From Octopus vulgaris (taxonomy: Eukaryota), in NCBI GenBank assembly GCA_951406725.2, contig OX597815.1, forward strand, positions 131,130,001 through 131,194,000: a DNA stretch of 64,000 nucleotides, in the 5' to 3' direction. This document shows positions 13,085 through 26,101 of this stretch, piece after piece (the stretch's first letter is position 1; each line of letters begins with the position of its first letter). The translations under genes and the position numbers were made by a program. The notes beneath the pieces were generated by a model. That model did not search any database, was not told where the DNA came from, and saw only the letters and a list, made by a program, of their open reading frames with translations.

Positions 13085-14530
13085 TTCTGATACACATAAC
13101 TCATTAAACTGTTGGAAAAGAAAAATTCCTAACATTGGACTACAACAAGTAACCTTAGATGTTAAGAGCCCGCCTAAATACTGTTTTCTGGAGCTGTACT
13201 AAGCTAGGTTTTATGCCTATTTCCTCTACCCAACTGTTCTAATCTTTAGTGATAGTTCCCAATGCACCTATAACTACAGGGATACATTTTAGCAGCACTT
13301 TCCATAGTCTCCATTATTCCATGGCTAGGTCCTGGTACTTTGCTATTTTTTCTATACTTCTCACATTAATTTTTCATCATTTGGGACTGTAAAGTCAATT
13401 ATCTGGCACTTTCCATTCTCTTTATCTACTACAACCAAATCAGGCTTTCTAGTTTCGGTTACTCTGTCAGTCTGAATGTTAAAGTCCCACAACATCTTAT
13501 AGTTCTTACTTTCTAGTACTTTACTTAGGTTGACGTTCATACCATTTATCAGTATGTTCAAATCCTAGCTTTCTACAAAGTTCCCAGTAGATTACTCTCC
13601 CTAGTTTGTCATGTCTTTTCTTGTATTCTTTCTGTGCCAGCATGCTACATTCACTTACTGTATGAGTAACGCTTTCCTCTTTTGATTTGCATAACCTACA
13701 TTAGGAATCTACTTGGTTTTTGTCTATTTTGGCTTTTATCCAATTAGTCCTTAATGCTATGCTGCTACTAACAAACTCTCTGTCTCCCTTCTCAGTTTTA
13801 CTTTCTGCAACCATAACCATGTCTCATAATATTATTTGCTGCAACTATCTTTAGGAATCTACCATGCAAAGCCTTCTCCTATCAGTCAGATAATTCCTGT
13901 TCTTTTTTCTGGTTTTTAACTTCGATTAGGTTTTTGGTTTCCCTATGTCTTGCTGTGACTCTAGCAGCTTTTAATAAACTTTCTTCACTATTACCTACAC
14001 AGGAATCTATATCTACTCTAGCTAACTCCATGGAGTCTTCTACTGATATTAATCCTCTTCCTCCTTCCTTTCTAGGCAAGTATATGATATTGCCCAAGAA
14101 TTTATAGCTTTCACTAGATTTGGGCCTTTTAGTTTTGATTTCATTAGCTTCCTCTCCCTTCTGATGTACTCCTCAATTTTTGTTTTCATTTCTATAGTTA
14201 GTACTCTGTCAGATTCTAATACTCCTAGATACTTATAAATCTCTCCTCCTTTCAATGATTTTAAAGTCTGGCCATCTGATAATTGGATGCCTTCACTGTC
14301 GACTACCTGTCCCCTTCTCATGACTAATATTGCGCACTTATCTATGCCAAATTCCATGTCTATATTTTTGCTGCAGAGTCTTACAGTCTGTATTAAGGAA
14401 TTTATCTCTTTTCCGTTCTTACTAAAAAGCTTCAGATCATCCATGTAGAGTAAATGGTTAATTTTTCCCTTACTATTTCTGAACTGATACTCTGCCTTTG
14501 CCTTCCTTAATACTAAACTGAGGGGATCCT
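13085..14530 (-). mobile_element. R4/Dong-type LINE fragment with RT, degenerate
   Basis: INHLLYMDDLKLF RT motif, YKYLG, KEGGRGL, CRLC..ESVTHTVSEC, LWDFNIQTD..KPDLVVVD; multiple frameshifts. Confidence 0.9.
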
Positions 14531-14556
14531 TATTAATATTATTATTATTATTATTA

Positions 14557-15297
14557 TGGACGTCACACAATATACAATATCGTGAGGTTGTTGATTGAAG
14601 ATATTATGTCTACCAGGGGTTTGTACTGTTTGACAAGTGACACAAGAACCTCAGACAGACAGTACTTTATGCAATATGTGTGCAGTTCCAAGTAATGCCG
14701 ACTTTTGTAATACACCTAGATTGTAGGGTATTTCTAAAGTCTTCAGATGTTTTTGCAAATTGGGTGATATTGAACTCAATGCTCCGATGACAATAGAGAT
14801 AACCATTATGTTTAACTCTTGTAGCTGCCACATCTTACCAATCTCAATTCTCAGGTCTCCATATTTATCAACTTTCTCTCTTTCTTTCATGATGATATGT
14901 TGATCACCTGGCACTGCTACGTCGATTATTAGGCACTCTTGTTTGTCCCTCCTAAAGGCTACTATATCCGGTCTTTGGTGTTCTAACATCTTGTCTGTTT
15001 GGAAGTCAAAGTCCCAGACAATTTTTGCCTTCCTCTTTCTGTCCACTACCTTTTCTAGTGCATGTTGGTACCAAGCAACTATATCCTCATATCCATACTT
15101 ACAGCATAGTAGTCAGTGAAGATTTTGGGCTACCTTGTCATGTCTATTCTTGTACTCTTTCTGCACAAGACTTTCACAAGCACTAACAATGTGAGTCACA
15201 CTTTTGACATTCTTCCCACACATTCTGCAGAGGTCCAATGCCCTTCTGTGGTAAATATTCTTTTTCACTGAGTTGGTATTCAATACCTGGTCCTGAT
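14557..15297 (-). mobile_element. R4/Dong-type LINE 3' fragment (third subfamily)
   Basis: WDFDFQTDKMLEHQRPDIV...IIDVAVPGD...KYGDL; same subfamily as 63541-63900. Confidence 0.9.
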
Positions 15298-15304
15298 CAT
15301 TATC

Positions 15305-15664
15305 ATTACCTCTGCCTTAGCGAAAGCGAGGGTATTGTTTTCAGTCATATTTGTATGTCCATGGATAAGATATCTCAAAAACCGCTGGATGGATTCGGAT
15401 GAAACTTTCAGGGATGTTTGGCCCTGTGACGGGCACAAACTGATTAGATTTGGGGAGTGATCTGGTACTGGACAAGGATTCTGGATTATTTTTCCCGTTT
15501 TTTTTACTTAATTTTTGAGAGCGGTTAGGTTCAGTTTTAGTATTCTTGTTTGTGAGAGCAGTTGAGTTTATTTCAGATATTCTCATTTTAAAAATCATCT
15601 CCGATTAATCGTTGAGAGAATGTTGGTGTTGGTTGGCACAGTTTTGCGATCTCTGAGTGCTCTT
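15305..15664 (+). mobile_element. Non-autonomous Helentron/Helitron2-like element
   Basis: 5' ATTACCTCTGCC...GGTATTGTTTTC, internal ATATCTCAAAAACCGCTGGATGGATTCGGATGAAACTTTC, degenerate 3' subTIR plus CTCTGAGTGCTCT end; architecture typical of HINE/DINE-like elements. Confidence 0.65.
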
Positions 15665-15674
15665 ATTATTATTA

Positions 15675-15724
<50 letters not shown>

Positions 15725-15727
<3 letters not shown>

Positions 15728-15990
15728 TAGTTTCATTTTTATTGCTTGCTTTCACTGCACCACCAAGTACAAATCTGTGTGCCTTGGATAGGTGCTGCAT
15801 TTTGTTTTGGTATTGTAATTTTTACCACATTGTAAGTGCTCTATGTTGGATGTGCATGGTATCTAGCAGAGCTGTTTTTCTATGTTATATGTATTCGTAA
15901 GTCCTGGACATTTGATTTTGTATTTGGCTGCATATTTCTTTTTTATCATACCAAAAGCACTTCTTATTTTAGCAACTGTTTTTGGTTCTA
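15725..15990 (-). mobile_element. Degenerate Dong-type LINE 3' end
   Basis: Diverged match to the 3' ends at 11202 and 12453 (CAGTAGTTT..TTTTTATTGC.TGCTTTCACT), adjacent to (ATT)n. Confidence 0.75.
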
Positions 15991-16059
15991 GTTATTTTAG
16001 TTATTTTTAGATCTCACATGTGGGCTATTTTGGGGTTTCACAGTTGCGCTATTTACAGG

Positions 16060-16580
16060 CTCTTCATTCAAGTTATTTATTATTATGTTTTTCCATTGCT
16101 TTAATTTGTATGTGCTGCATCCCCCAAAAGTTGAGAGCTTGCTGTTGAGTGAGTCACATGACCAGCCTTTTTTCTGGCTAGACCTTGCTGGATATAAACT
16201 GTTTTCTTCTCATCATGTAGGATTTACACCTGATGTCCCTGTGCACTGTGTGTTTAATAGTCCACTGATAGACTCCGTCACCATGAAATTCTATGTGAGG
16301 CTTTCATCAACATGTTAGGGTTGATGTTAATGATGTCTTGGGCTTGGCCAACAAACTTGGTTATTTTGATGAAGTCTGACCACTGATAATGTTTCTTTCA
16401 TTTGGCTATGGATTGTCTCCAGCAATAGCCCCCTGCTCCATCCTGACTATGAACAGAAAAGGTTCAGAATCACCCGAGAAGCTGGTAAACTCTGAGACAC
16501 TGTGGCTGGCAGTTAGAGCTATGAGAACAGGGAGCTTTTTCATTCTCTGTGTCAGATAACAATCTAATACATCGATTTAT
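16060..16580 (-). other. Candidate terminal exon of a minus-strand transcript
   Basis: Strong acceptor TTTTGTTTCTCTTTCAG| at 16581; frame INRCIRLLSD...YQLLG* (stop 16470-16472); ATTAAA/AATAAA near 16075-16105; non-repetitive sequence. Confidence 0.3.
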
Positions 16581-17181
16581 CTGAAAGAGAAACAAAAGCT
16601 AAAATTTCATGTCTGTCAAATCAACATCATCATCATTGTTGTCATCATCATCACCATCACCACCACCATCATCATCATTTAATGTTTGTTTTCCATGTTG
16701 GCATCAGTTGAATCTCTGTATAACATTATGGTATGTCGTATGCTATTTATAGTCTGCTAAAATTTGTTAAGAATTTATTTGGCACCACCCTGTATGTGTG
16801 ATAATTGTAAAAGAGTGTCACCACCATACAAGTTATAACCTCCATTTCTAACTTTCTGTGGAAATATGTATCAAGCTATGCACAACCATTACTTTTCTCT
16901 GCCTGCAAAGAGGTAAGGGAGAACAACAGGAAGGTCATCTGACTAAAGGAAATCTGTCATTGAATTTCATCAGCCAACACCTGTGTTGAAAGCGGATGTT
17001 AAAATGATGACCTACAAGATATATGTACATAAATTATATGTATGTATGTGTGTATGTATGTCTGTATGCATGTACGTGTATATGTACATGTATGTATGTA
17101 TGCACATACACATGCACATACACATACACATGCGCATGTATATCCATATAATATATGTGTATATATATGTATATGTATAAA

Positions 17182-17278
<97 letters not shown>

Positions 17279-18154
17279 TACATATATATATGTATATATA
17301 TATACATATATATATGTATAAAATATGTGTATATATATATGAAATATATATATTCACACACACACATAATATGAAATTATAGATTTGCAATTTGCAAATG
17401 TGAAAGAAAAACACCACTAAACAATATTTCTATCCACCAAGAAGGATAACTGTCAATTCCCATTGACTCTCAGTTGGATATGGTAAATTCAAGTGATGAT
17501 CAATCTGCACACTGTAGAAATGTAATTCCTTCACACATACACTGGCCTTTAGTGTTTGTCTCTTACTGGGTTGCTTCTACTTAAGAACATCATTATTAAG
17601 TTAGTGAAGGAAGAGAAGCATTCCTCATGACATTTTAGGTTGATATTTCATTTCTACATCCCTAGCTTACACACATGTTGGGAAAAAAATAGGCAGAAAG
17701 GATTTTTATAAAGATGCTGTTCAGGAGGAATTAGCCCAAAGCAAGGTGTTGCCATAACATTTCTGCTACTGAGGAACCTGAATCGTTTCACCAGTCTTTC
17801 CCATCCCTCTTATCCTTGGCTTTCTGGGCTCTCATTAGTTCCAATATGTAATTAAATGTCGGTATAACTTCATCATCATCACCATCGTCGTCGTCGTCGT
17901 TTGACATCCACTTTCTATGCCGGCATGGGTTGGATGGCTTGACTGAGGACAGGCTCCAATTTAATCTGGCAAGGTTTCTACAGTTGGATGCCCTTCCTAA
18001 TGGCAACCACTCTGAAAGTGCAGTGGGTACTTTTTATGTGTCACCAGCATAGGGGCCAGTCAAGCGGTACTAGCAACGACCATGCAATCAAATGATATAA
18101 TGATCCTGTGGCATCAGTTACTGAATCTGATGGCATATAAGATACATTTCTTTT

Positions 18155-18185
<31 letters not shown>

Positions 18186-18332
18186 TTTAGTGTCTGTTTT
18201 CCTTGCTGGAATGGATAGAATGGTTTGACTGGGACTGGTAAGCCAGAAAGCTGTACTAGTCTCCATTCTGATTTGGCTTTGTTTCTACAGCTGGATGCCA
18301 TATGTAATGTCAACCACTCCAAGAGTGTAGTG

Positions 18333-18775
18333 GGTGCCTTTTACTTGTCACTGGCATAGGTGCCTTTTACTTGTCACTGGCACAGGTGCCTTTTACTTTT
18401 CACTGGCACAGGTGCCTTTTACTTGGCACTGACACAGGTGCCTCTTACTAGTCACTGGCATAAGTGCCTTTTACCTGTCACTGGCATAAGTGCCTTTTAC
18501 CTGTCACTGGCACAGGTGCCTCTTACTTGTCACTGGCACAGGTGCCTCTTACTAGTCACTGGCATAAGTGCCTTTTACCTGTCACTGGCATAGGTGCCTT
18601 TTACTTGTCACTGGCACAAGTGTCTTGTATTTGTCACTGGCACAGGTGCCTTTTACCAGTCACTGGCATAGGTGCCTTTTACCAGTCACTGGCACAGGTG
18701 TCTCTTACTTGTCACTGGCACAGGTGCCTCTTACTTGTCACTGGCACAGGTGTCTCTTACTTGTCACTGGCACAA
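18333..18775. repeat. Minisatellite, 26-bp unit, ~17 copies
   Basis: Unit GGTGCCTTTTACTTGTCACTGGCACA in tandem, starting inside a family-D SINE. Confidence 0.95.
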
Positions 18776-18849
18776 ATGCTTTTTATGCGTCATTGGTATG
18801 GGTGCCTTTTATATGTTACCAGCACTTGTCACAACTACTATTTCACTCA

Positions 18850-19065
18850 GCTTAATGCATCTTCTTAAGCACAACAAATTGCCCATGGTCTTGATAGCTT
18901 GTCATTGCCTCCATGAGACTAAACATCTGAAGATTATGCTTCACTATCTTGTTCCGTGCCTTCCTGGGTTTACCTCTTCCACAGGTTCCCTCCACAGTTT
19001 CCCTCCACAGGTTCCATCCACAGTTAGAGATAGGCACTTCTTTATGCAGCTGTCCTTGTCCAAAA
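18850..19065 (-). mobile_element. RTE-type LINE 3' fragment
   Basis: VEGTCGRGKPRKA..KIVKHNL matches the RTE C-terminal GRPRKTW..V..DL motif; related plus-strand relic at about 42030-42395. Confidence 0.65.
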
Positions 19066-21013
19066 AATCATCCCAAGTCCTATATATGAAGTTGGGTCTC
19101 CCGTAAACTTCAATGTGATCAAATCTGGTGAGGAATGGGCTCTTCTAGCTTTAATCTAAAAATACCCAAGACATGCTGTATGTCATGGCAATGCTCTTAT
19201 GATTTCACCAGGAGTTGAGGGTCCTAAGCAAAGCAAGACTGTAATAGAGCTGTCCGGCAAGAAAGCTCTGATTCTGTAAAATGAGACAAAGATAGAGTTC
19301 CTATGTCAATAACAGCTGAGAAGTGTTAAAGGGAAATCACTAGAGATAAAATAACAAATCTCTAGGAGACCTGGCTTAAATGGGGGAACTAAATTGGTTG
19401 TTTCCAACAAGAAAAAGAAACTCATTGTTATACAAGATGAGGGTACTAAGCAGTGTCGTTATAATGTGAACAATTATATAATTCTTTTTAATTTTGGTAC
19501 AAGGCCAGCAACTTTTGGAGCAGAGACATTTGGCAACATCGTTCTCAGTGCTCAACTGGTGCTGTATTTTAATGAACATGAAAGGATAAAAGGCAAAGTG
19601 GCCCTCGGCAGTATTCTAACTCAAAACATTAGGCGTCAGCTCACAGAAACGTTAGCACACTGAGTGAAATGCTTAGCAGTATTTCGTCTGTCTTTACATT
19701 CTGAGTTCAAATTCAACAGAGGTCGACTTTGCCTGTCATCCTTTCAGGGTCGATAAATTAAGTACCAGTTATGTACTGGGGTAGGTCTAATTGACTGGCC
19801 CCAAAATTTCAGACCTTGTGCCATTGAGTAAAAAAGAACATTAAGTGTCAGAAGAAATACTGTTATGCATTTTGTCTAGCATGCTAACAATTCTGCCAGC
19901 TTGCTGCCTTGAGCAATTAAATAATTGAATATTTATTCATTTTAAGGTGACGAACCAACAGAATCGTTAACATTCCGGATGAAGTGCTTAGCAGGGTCAG
20001 TAAATTACATACCAGTTGTGTACTGAGGTTGATCAAATCGACTATCCCCCTCCCCCCAAATTTCCAGCCTTGTGTCTATAGTAGAAAGGTGGTGAGTTGA
20101 CAGAATCATTAGCATGCTGGGAAAACTACTTATTGGTATTTCGTCCATCTTTAGGTTCTGAGTTCAAATTCTGTCGGGGTTGACTTAGCCATTCATCTTT
20201 TCAGGGTCAATAAAATAATTGCCAGTTGAGCATTGGGGCTGATTTAATTGACTTAGCCCCTCCCCTAAAATTGCTGGCATTGTACCAAAATTGGAAGCTC
20301 ATATATACTCATCTTTCTGTTTTACTTTTTACTCAACAATATTGTCTTTGATAATCAGCAGGTGCCTTATATCTGCAAACAAACTGATAAATTGGCTGGA
20401 TTTGAACTTGGATCTTGTATTCTTAATGATCTTCATTGCTCTTATTTATAATTCAACAATCCTATAAAGATAATTTCAACAGAGTAAATTCAGAAAAAAA
20501 TTTATAGATGCAGGAGTAGCTGCTTACCAACAATATGGTTCTGGGTTCAGTCCCATTGTGTGGCACCTTGGGCAAGTGTCTTCTACTATAGCCTCGGGCC
20601 TACCATAGCCTTATGAGTGGATCTGGTAGACAGAAACTGAAAGAAGCCCATCGTATATATATATATATATATATATATTTTTGTTTGTTGAAATAGAAAG
20701 ATGAATTTTCTTGTTACAGATTATTCAAAAGTTTAACCGATACCTGGGTAGCAAAAATCACAGCAGAAAAAAACAGCAGGAGCGTCCTCGTTCGAATTGC
20801 GTTGCTGCGCCTCTGTTTTGTTTTGTTCTGTCAACGGAATTCCTGTTTTTTCCTGAAGAGAAAGCTACAATATGGTATCCTTATTTAATCAGAATTTGGA
20901 AAATTGTGGCCTTTGAAACATGTGTAGAATGTAATAAAAGGAATTCTGTACAATCTTCATTCAACTCCATTTCTTCCATTCACTAATTATATATATATAT
21001 ATATATATATATA

Positions 21014-21396
21014 CTAGCAGTATCGCCCGGCGTTGCTCAGGTTTGTAAGGGAAATAACTATAAAGCATTTTTAGAGAGTTATAGCCAAAAAATAGCAAAA
21101 AAATGGAAAAAAAATGATGGTAAATTTTTTTTTAGAGTTAAAAAAGATGGAGTTGCGTCCCCTAGACAGTCTGTGGTTTGTGTTTCTGATTCTCGACCCC
21201 ATGTCGAATTTATCGATTTTTTCAGAACTGGGGGAACTTTTCAAAATTTTCGCTGCGTTAGTTTTGAATTATGACATTGGGCTATGTGTGTGTCAAGTTT
21301 CATCAGAATCGGTTGAAAGCCGTGGTCAGAGTGAGGGTACGAGAAAACAGACACACAGAAAACGCACAGACAAACTGCCGTTTATATAGAGAGAGA
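21014..21396 (-). mobile_element. Non-autonomous Helitron, complete
   Basis: Minus 5' TCTCTCTCTATATAAACGG; 3' GAGCAACGCCGGGCGATACTG-CTAG; inserted between A and T within (TA)n. Confidence 0.85.
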
Positions 21397-22467
21397 TATA
21401 TATAGGCTTATAAAGAATAAGTCCTGGGGTCAATTTGTTCAACTAAAGGCTGTGCTCCAACATGGCCACAGTCAAATGACTGAAACAGATGAAAGAAAAG
21501 AAAAGAATATATATTATAATTATAAAGAATTTCATCTTTAAAATTCTGTTAAATTATGATGATATAAGTTTCATGGTGCTCCGATCAATGGAACAGCCTG
21601 CTCATAAAATTAATGTGTAAGTGGCTGAGCACTCCACAGACATGTGTACCTTAAAGTAGTTCTCAGGGAGATTCAGTGTGACACAGATTGTGATAAGGCT
21701 GGCCCTTTGAAAAATACAGGTACAACAGAAACAGGAAGAAAGAGTGAGAGAAAGTTGTGGTGAAAGAGTACTGCAGGGCTTGCCACCACCCACTGCCAGT
21801 GCCTCGTGGAGCTTTAGGTGTTTTTGCTCAATAAACACTCACAACGCCTGGTCTGGGAATTGAAATCACGATCCTACGACCACAAGTCCACTGCCTTAAC
21901 CCCTGGGCCATTGCGCCTCCACTATGATGATGATGTTGATTTAAGTAAGCATATAAAGAACAGTATTAGTCTTTCTGCTTTTATAGAAGATATGAAAAGT
22001 TAAAACTTAAATAACGAGATGATTCTGTCAGCAAAACTACAAGAGAAAGGTAACAACATGTTCAGAAATAATTACTGGCAACCTATAGCTTTTGATGAAC
22101 TCCTATGAAAATAAATGCATAAAAAGAGAGAAAAAAAAAAATCATTCCAAAATAAATAAATGAACAAATAAATAAATTCTGCAGGGCATCATTATTAAAA
22201 TTATTTCACATCAAAAAGTCTGTAATAAAGCAGTATGGTGTGAAATGTAGGGTCTCATTTGCATTGAAAGAATCTACTATTCAGCATGGAGTTATTTTAG
22301 TAAAGTGAATATTCCCTGGTCTTAATGTGCAAGCTGATGCAATTAATTCTGGATGTTCTCAACTGAATCTGTCTATGAATTTGTGCAGACACAAAACACA
22401 TCCATGCACACATGTACAGGCATACACACACACACACACGCACAAACACACACACACACACACATAA

Positions 22468-22499
<32 letters not shown>

Positions 22500-22851
22500 A
22501 TGCACACACACACTCTCACACACACACAGCTATTTCATTTAGTTTTTACATTGAGCATAGACTTTAAATGATGATTGTGACACACACACACACACACACA
22601 TAGCTATTTCATTTAGTTTTTACATTGAACATAGACTTTAAATGATGATAGTGACACACACACACACACACACTTATATACTTTTTGTATTTGGTTTGCA
22701 AGATTCTTGAGATGTGAATTCATGTTTTGAAACAAATCTTGTTGTATCTTGGAATGATCAGTACGTCAGAGCGGGCATTATTATTGGCATAATGACCCTC
22801 CCAAGACACAACGAGATGTATACATACATATATATATATACATACTTACAC

Positions 22852-25300
22852 ATTAGAAGAGGTACCTGGCGTTGCCTGGGAATGATATTGTTCCTTTTAT
22901 ATTGCAAGAAACAGAAAAATATGTTGTATAGAAATTTGTTATTCTAAATTCGGTTTATTCTGCAATCAGGAAATCAATTCTGAATTCATAATACAAAAAA
23001 GAAAAATGAAAAAATAAGATAATAATAATAAAAAAAAAATGAAAATACAAAAGTTACCACTTTTATGAAGGGTGGTAAATTCTATCACATATGTTGAAGG
23101 TAATTACATAAGAGCTTCTGGATAAACAACATTCTTTGTTTTCTTGTTTGGAGCATTGACAAATAATTCTTGCAAACTACCTGCCCTCGAGCAACCAACA
23201 TAAAGTTGACCGTAAGAAAAGCAAGCTAGTAGATTTCAAAGACTGACCTTGAGCTTTATTAATAGACATTGTGAAACAAAGTCATACTGGGGATTGTGAA
23301 GCAAAGTCATACCGTTGGTTTGATTGGAATTCTTGGAATGGAAACCTTTTCTTCAGAGGCACATCCAGTAATGATGGTAGTTTCTATCACATTAGGTGAT
23401 GTCTTCACAATCAACCTTGTCCTTTTGCATAACTTAGGAGGATCTAAATTTCTTAGAAGCATTATTAGGACTCCTACATTCAGAAAAATTTATGTGGAAG
23501 AGTTCCAGGTGGCTCAAGAGAATTAAGGAACTCTGTTGTGTAATGGTCAGCTTGATTTTCATCAAGCTCTGACTCAACAGATTTGTACTCCTTAATGGCT
23601 GTTGGAATCTTATTCTTTAATTCATGGTTAATTCTTGCTACTGTCTCATTTTTTTTTAGCAAGATTTGCTCTTTCACACAACCATTTATGTGAATTATAA
23701 GTATTATTTAAGTCTGGAAACACCCTGTTCTTCAATTCAGCTGGGGAATTTACCATGAGTCAAATTGATATTACCATTCTCATCAAATAGTACCTTCCTA
23801 TTTCTTAAATGGAGGAGCCAGGTTGAAAACTGTTCTGCACATTGGTTCCTATGAAATAAAGCTCACATGTTAGTATTGAAGGAGAATTTCTGTACTTATT
23901 CCATAGGTGTGAAGACTTAATACATGTTTTTACTTCATTAAATCTTGTTCATCTTGGAATGACTAGTAATGTCTGTCTGAAGTCTCCTGATAAAACTAAT
24001 GTAACTCCTCCCATAGATTTATTGTTGCCTCTGATATCCTGCAAGGTCTTATCAAGAGCTTCCATTGCACCTCTATGACATGGTGCATTTATCCCAAATG
24101 ATCAGGTGACATTTGTGCAACACTTCTGCTGAATCTGAAATTTTGTTTATGTTACAAATTGGACTGTCACTTGTGACCAGGTTTAGTGGTAATTTAAAAG
24201 CAGAATGAGCTGTTTGTCCTCCTGGAAGAATGGTGGCATCAATGCCAGACAATGCTACAGTAACTCTAATTCTTTTTTGTTGCCTTACCTTTGAGAGAAG
24301 CAATGTTGTTACAAATGTTTTACCTGTGCCATCAGGAGCATCAAGAAAGAAAATTCCGCTGCTATTTTCTCTGACTAAATAATTTTATGATATGCACAAC
24401 GTCATTCTGGAAGAAGTTTAGCTTCATGTTCATTCACAAATGCAGCTAAGTCTGTGATGTCATAATTTGTCTTTCTTGCTATGTCTCTTGAAGTTAAATC
24501 ACTAATTTGACGGTTTGTTAGTAGCAGTCCAGAGCCAGACTCATGCAAATTTCTGCTTCTCATGGCCAAAAATCGATCCTCAATTTCAGTCAGTGCTTGG
24601 TTAAAAATTGTTTCAAGGAGCTGAATATTGATATCTGGGTTTGCCCATTGAACTGCACACTTTAAGTCTTCAGCCATGTCCTCACAATGTTTTATCCAAA
24701 GCTGTAGGGGACTACCAAGTTGATACATGTTCAGTATAATTGCAAAAAGGTTACGGAGAATCTGATATTGGTGCTTCAGTCAATGCAAGGTTACAATGCT
24801 CATCATTTTCTAAAAAACCCTTGTTGATAGCATGCTTCTCTATAAGTTTCATACACATGACCATTTACTCTCTTCGAATCTTGGAATGATTTCAGACCAT
24901 GTACTTCAAGCAAAATGGGCCATAAGTAGTAGCACTCTGCTTGGCTTGGGTGGACACTGTAATGTCTTGCAAGAGCGTCATCCCCACGTTTCCTCTTGTG
25001 TCAGTAATTGTTTTTCCAGGTGTAACACTTGGTAATTGTGGGTAAAGAAGTTTTCTTGCATCTTCATCTACTTGACAATTTAAAAAAGGCAGTAAGGGTA
25101 GTTTCTTTTTGGAGAAAACGCTTGTTGCAAGGCTGTTTGTTTTGTAAAGCTAATCCTATGGCCATTCTTTAGATGGACACTCAGATGAATGATGGCTGGG
25201 TGCCTCTCATGAATGAAAAAATTGAAGATGCACCAAAAAGCGTCATTGATACTGATGTATCTTCCTCTATCATACTGTGCAACTTCATTTTTATTTATCT
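22852..25300 (-). mobile_element. Decayed autonomous Helitron (RepHel; PIF1-like helicase)
   Basis: GRYIS...IHERHP..HLSVHL, FFLDAPDGTGKTF (Walker A), GGQTAHSAFKLPL, IIWDKCTMS, EFLNSLEPPG, GQLYVGCSR; many stops and frameshifts; degenerate 3' hairpin plus CTAA end at about 22852-22880. Confidence 0.92.
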
Positions 25301-25465
25301 GCTAGCTGCCATTCTGCATACGAGTGTATGTTGCAGTCTATCGTGAAGATTGCTCCACTGCCTTCCCTCAACCGGGAAGGCAAAGCAGTCTTCATCCTAC
25401 AGGTGGCCGTGGTGAAAGAATGTGTGTGGTGGACTCGAGCAAAAGGTTTAGAGACAAACACTTAC

Positions 25466-25571
25466 CTCTTTGGCCATACGCTCATCAACTTTTTCAAGTA
25501 CCTCTTGAAAAGGATGGTGAGAATGCAGAGGCAGGTTTTGTCTTGTGAAAGTAACCACTTTGAGCATGAGC
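25466..25571 (-). other. Candidate internal exon, 106 bp
   Basis: Acceptor CTCTCTCTTCGATTTACAG| and consensus donor GAG|GTAAGT; open frame (R)LMLKVVTFTRQ...ERMAKE. Confidence 0.45.
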
Positions 25572-25899
25572 CTGTAAATCGAAGAGAGAGAGCACTTTGC
25601 TCTCATGTGTTTATTCCTTCCCTGCCTGAGGTTACCGTGGTCTTTTCTGTAAGCTTTTCTTTCCACGGATAAACCTAATGTTACTTTTTACATTTTTAAA
25701 ACTCTTCTGCGATACGCGATCCCTTTTGATCGTTTTTTTCCTGATCCCTTTTGATCGGAATTTTACTTTTTTTCTTATTTTTCCCATTTTTTTTTTGATT
25801 TTCGAAAAGAAAAGCTCTACATTTGTATTTGTCCCCTCTGTGCTTAGCCCCGTGTGGCCAATAAAGAAAGTTATGTATGTATGTATGTATGTATGTATG

Positions 25900-25956
<57 letters not shown>

Positions 25957-26025
25957 CTGTCAGTCAGTGTGTGTCTGTCTATCTATGTCTATCTATCTGT
26001 CTTTCTGTCTGTATGCCTCTCTCTA

Positions 26026-26101
<76 letters not shown>

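Noticed and set aside
18333-18775. CRISPR-like array or Cys/His-rich protein (CHWHRCLL repeats)
   Set aside because: Units are contiguous with no unique spacers, there are no cas genes, and ORFs in all three frames are a by-product of the 26-bp period.
22527-22672. ~72-bp direct duplication; also 46896-46945 versus 47082-47128
   Set aside because: Simple local slippage between (CA)n runs and a repeated SINE-C tail; no functional signal.
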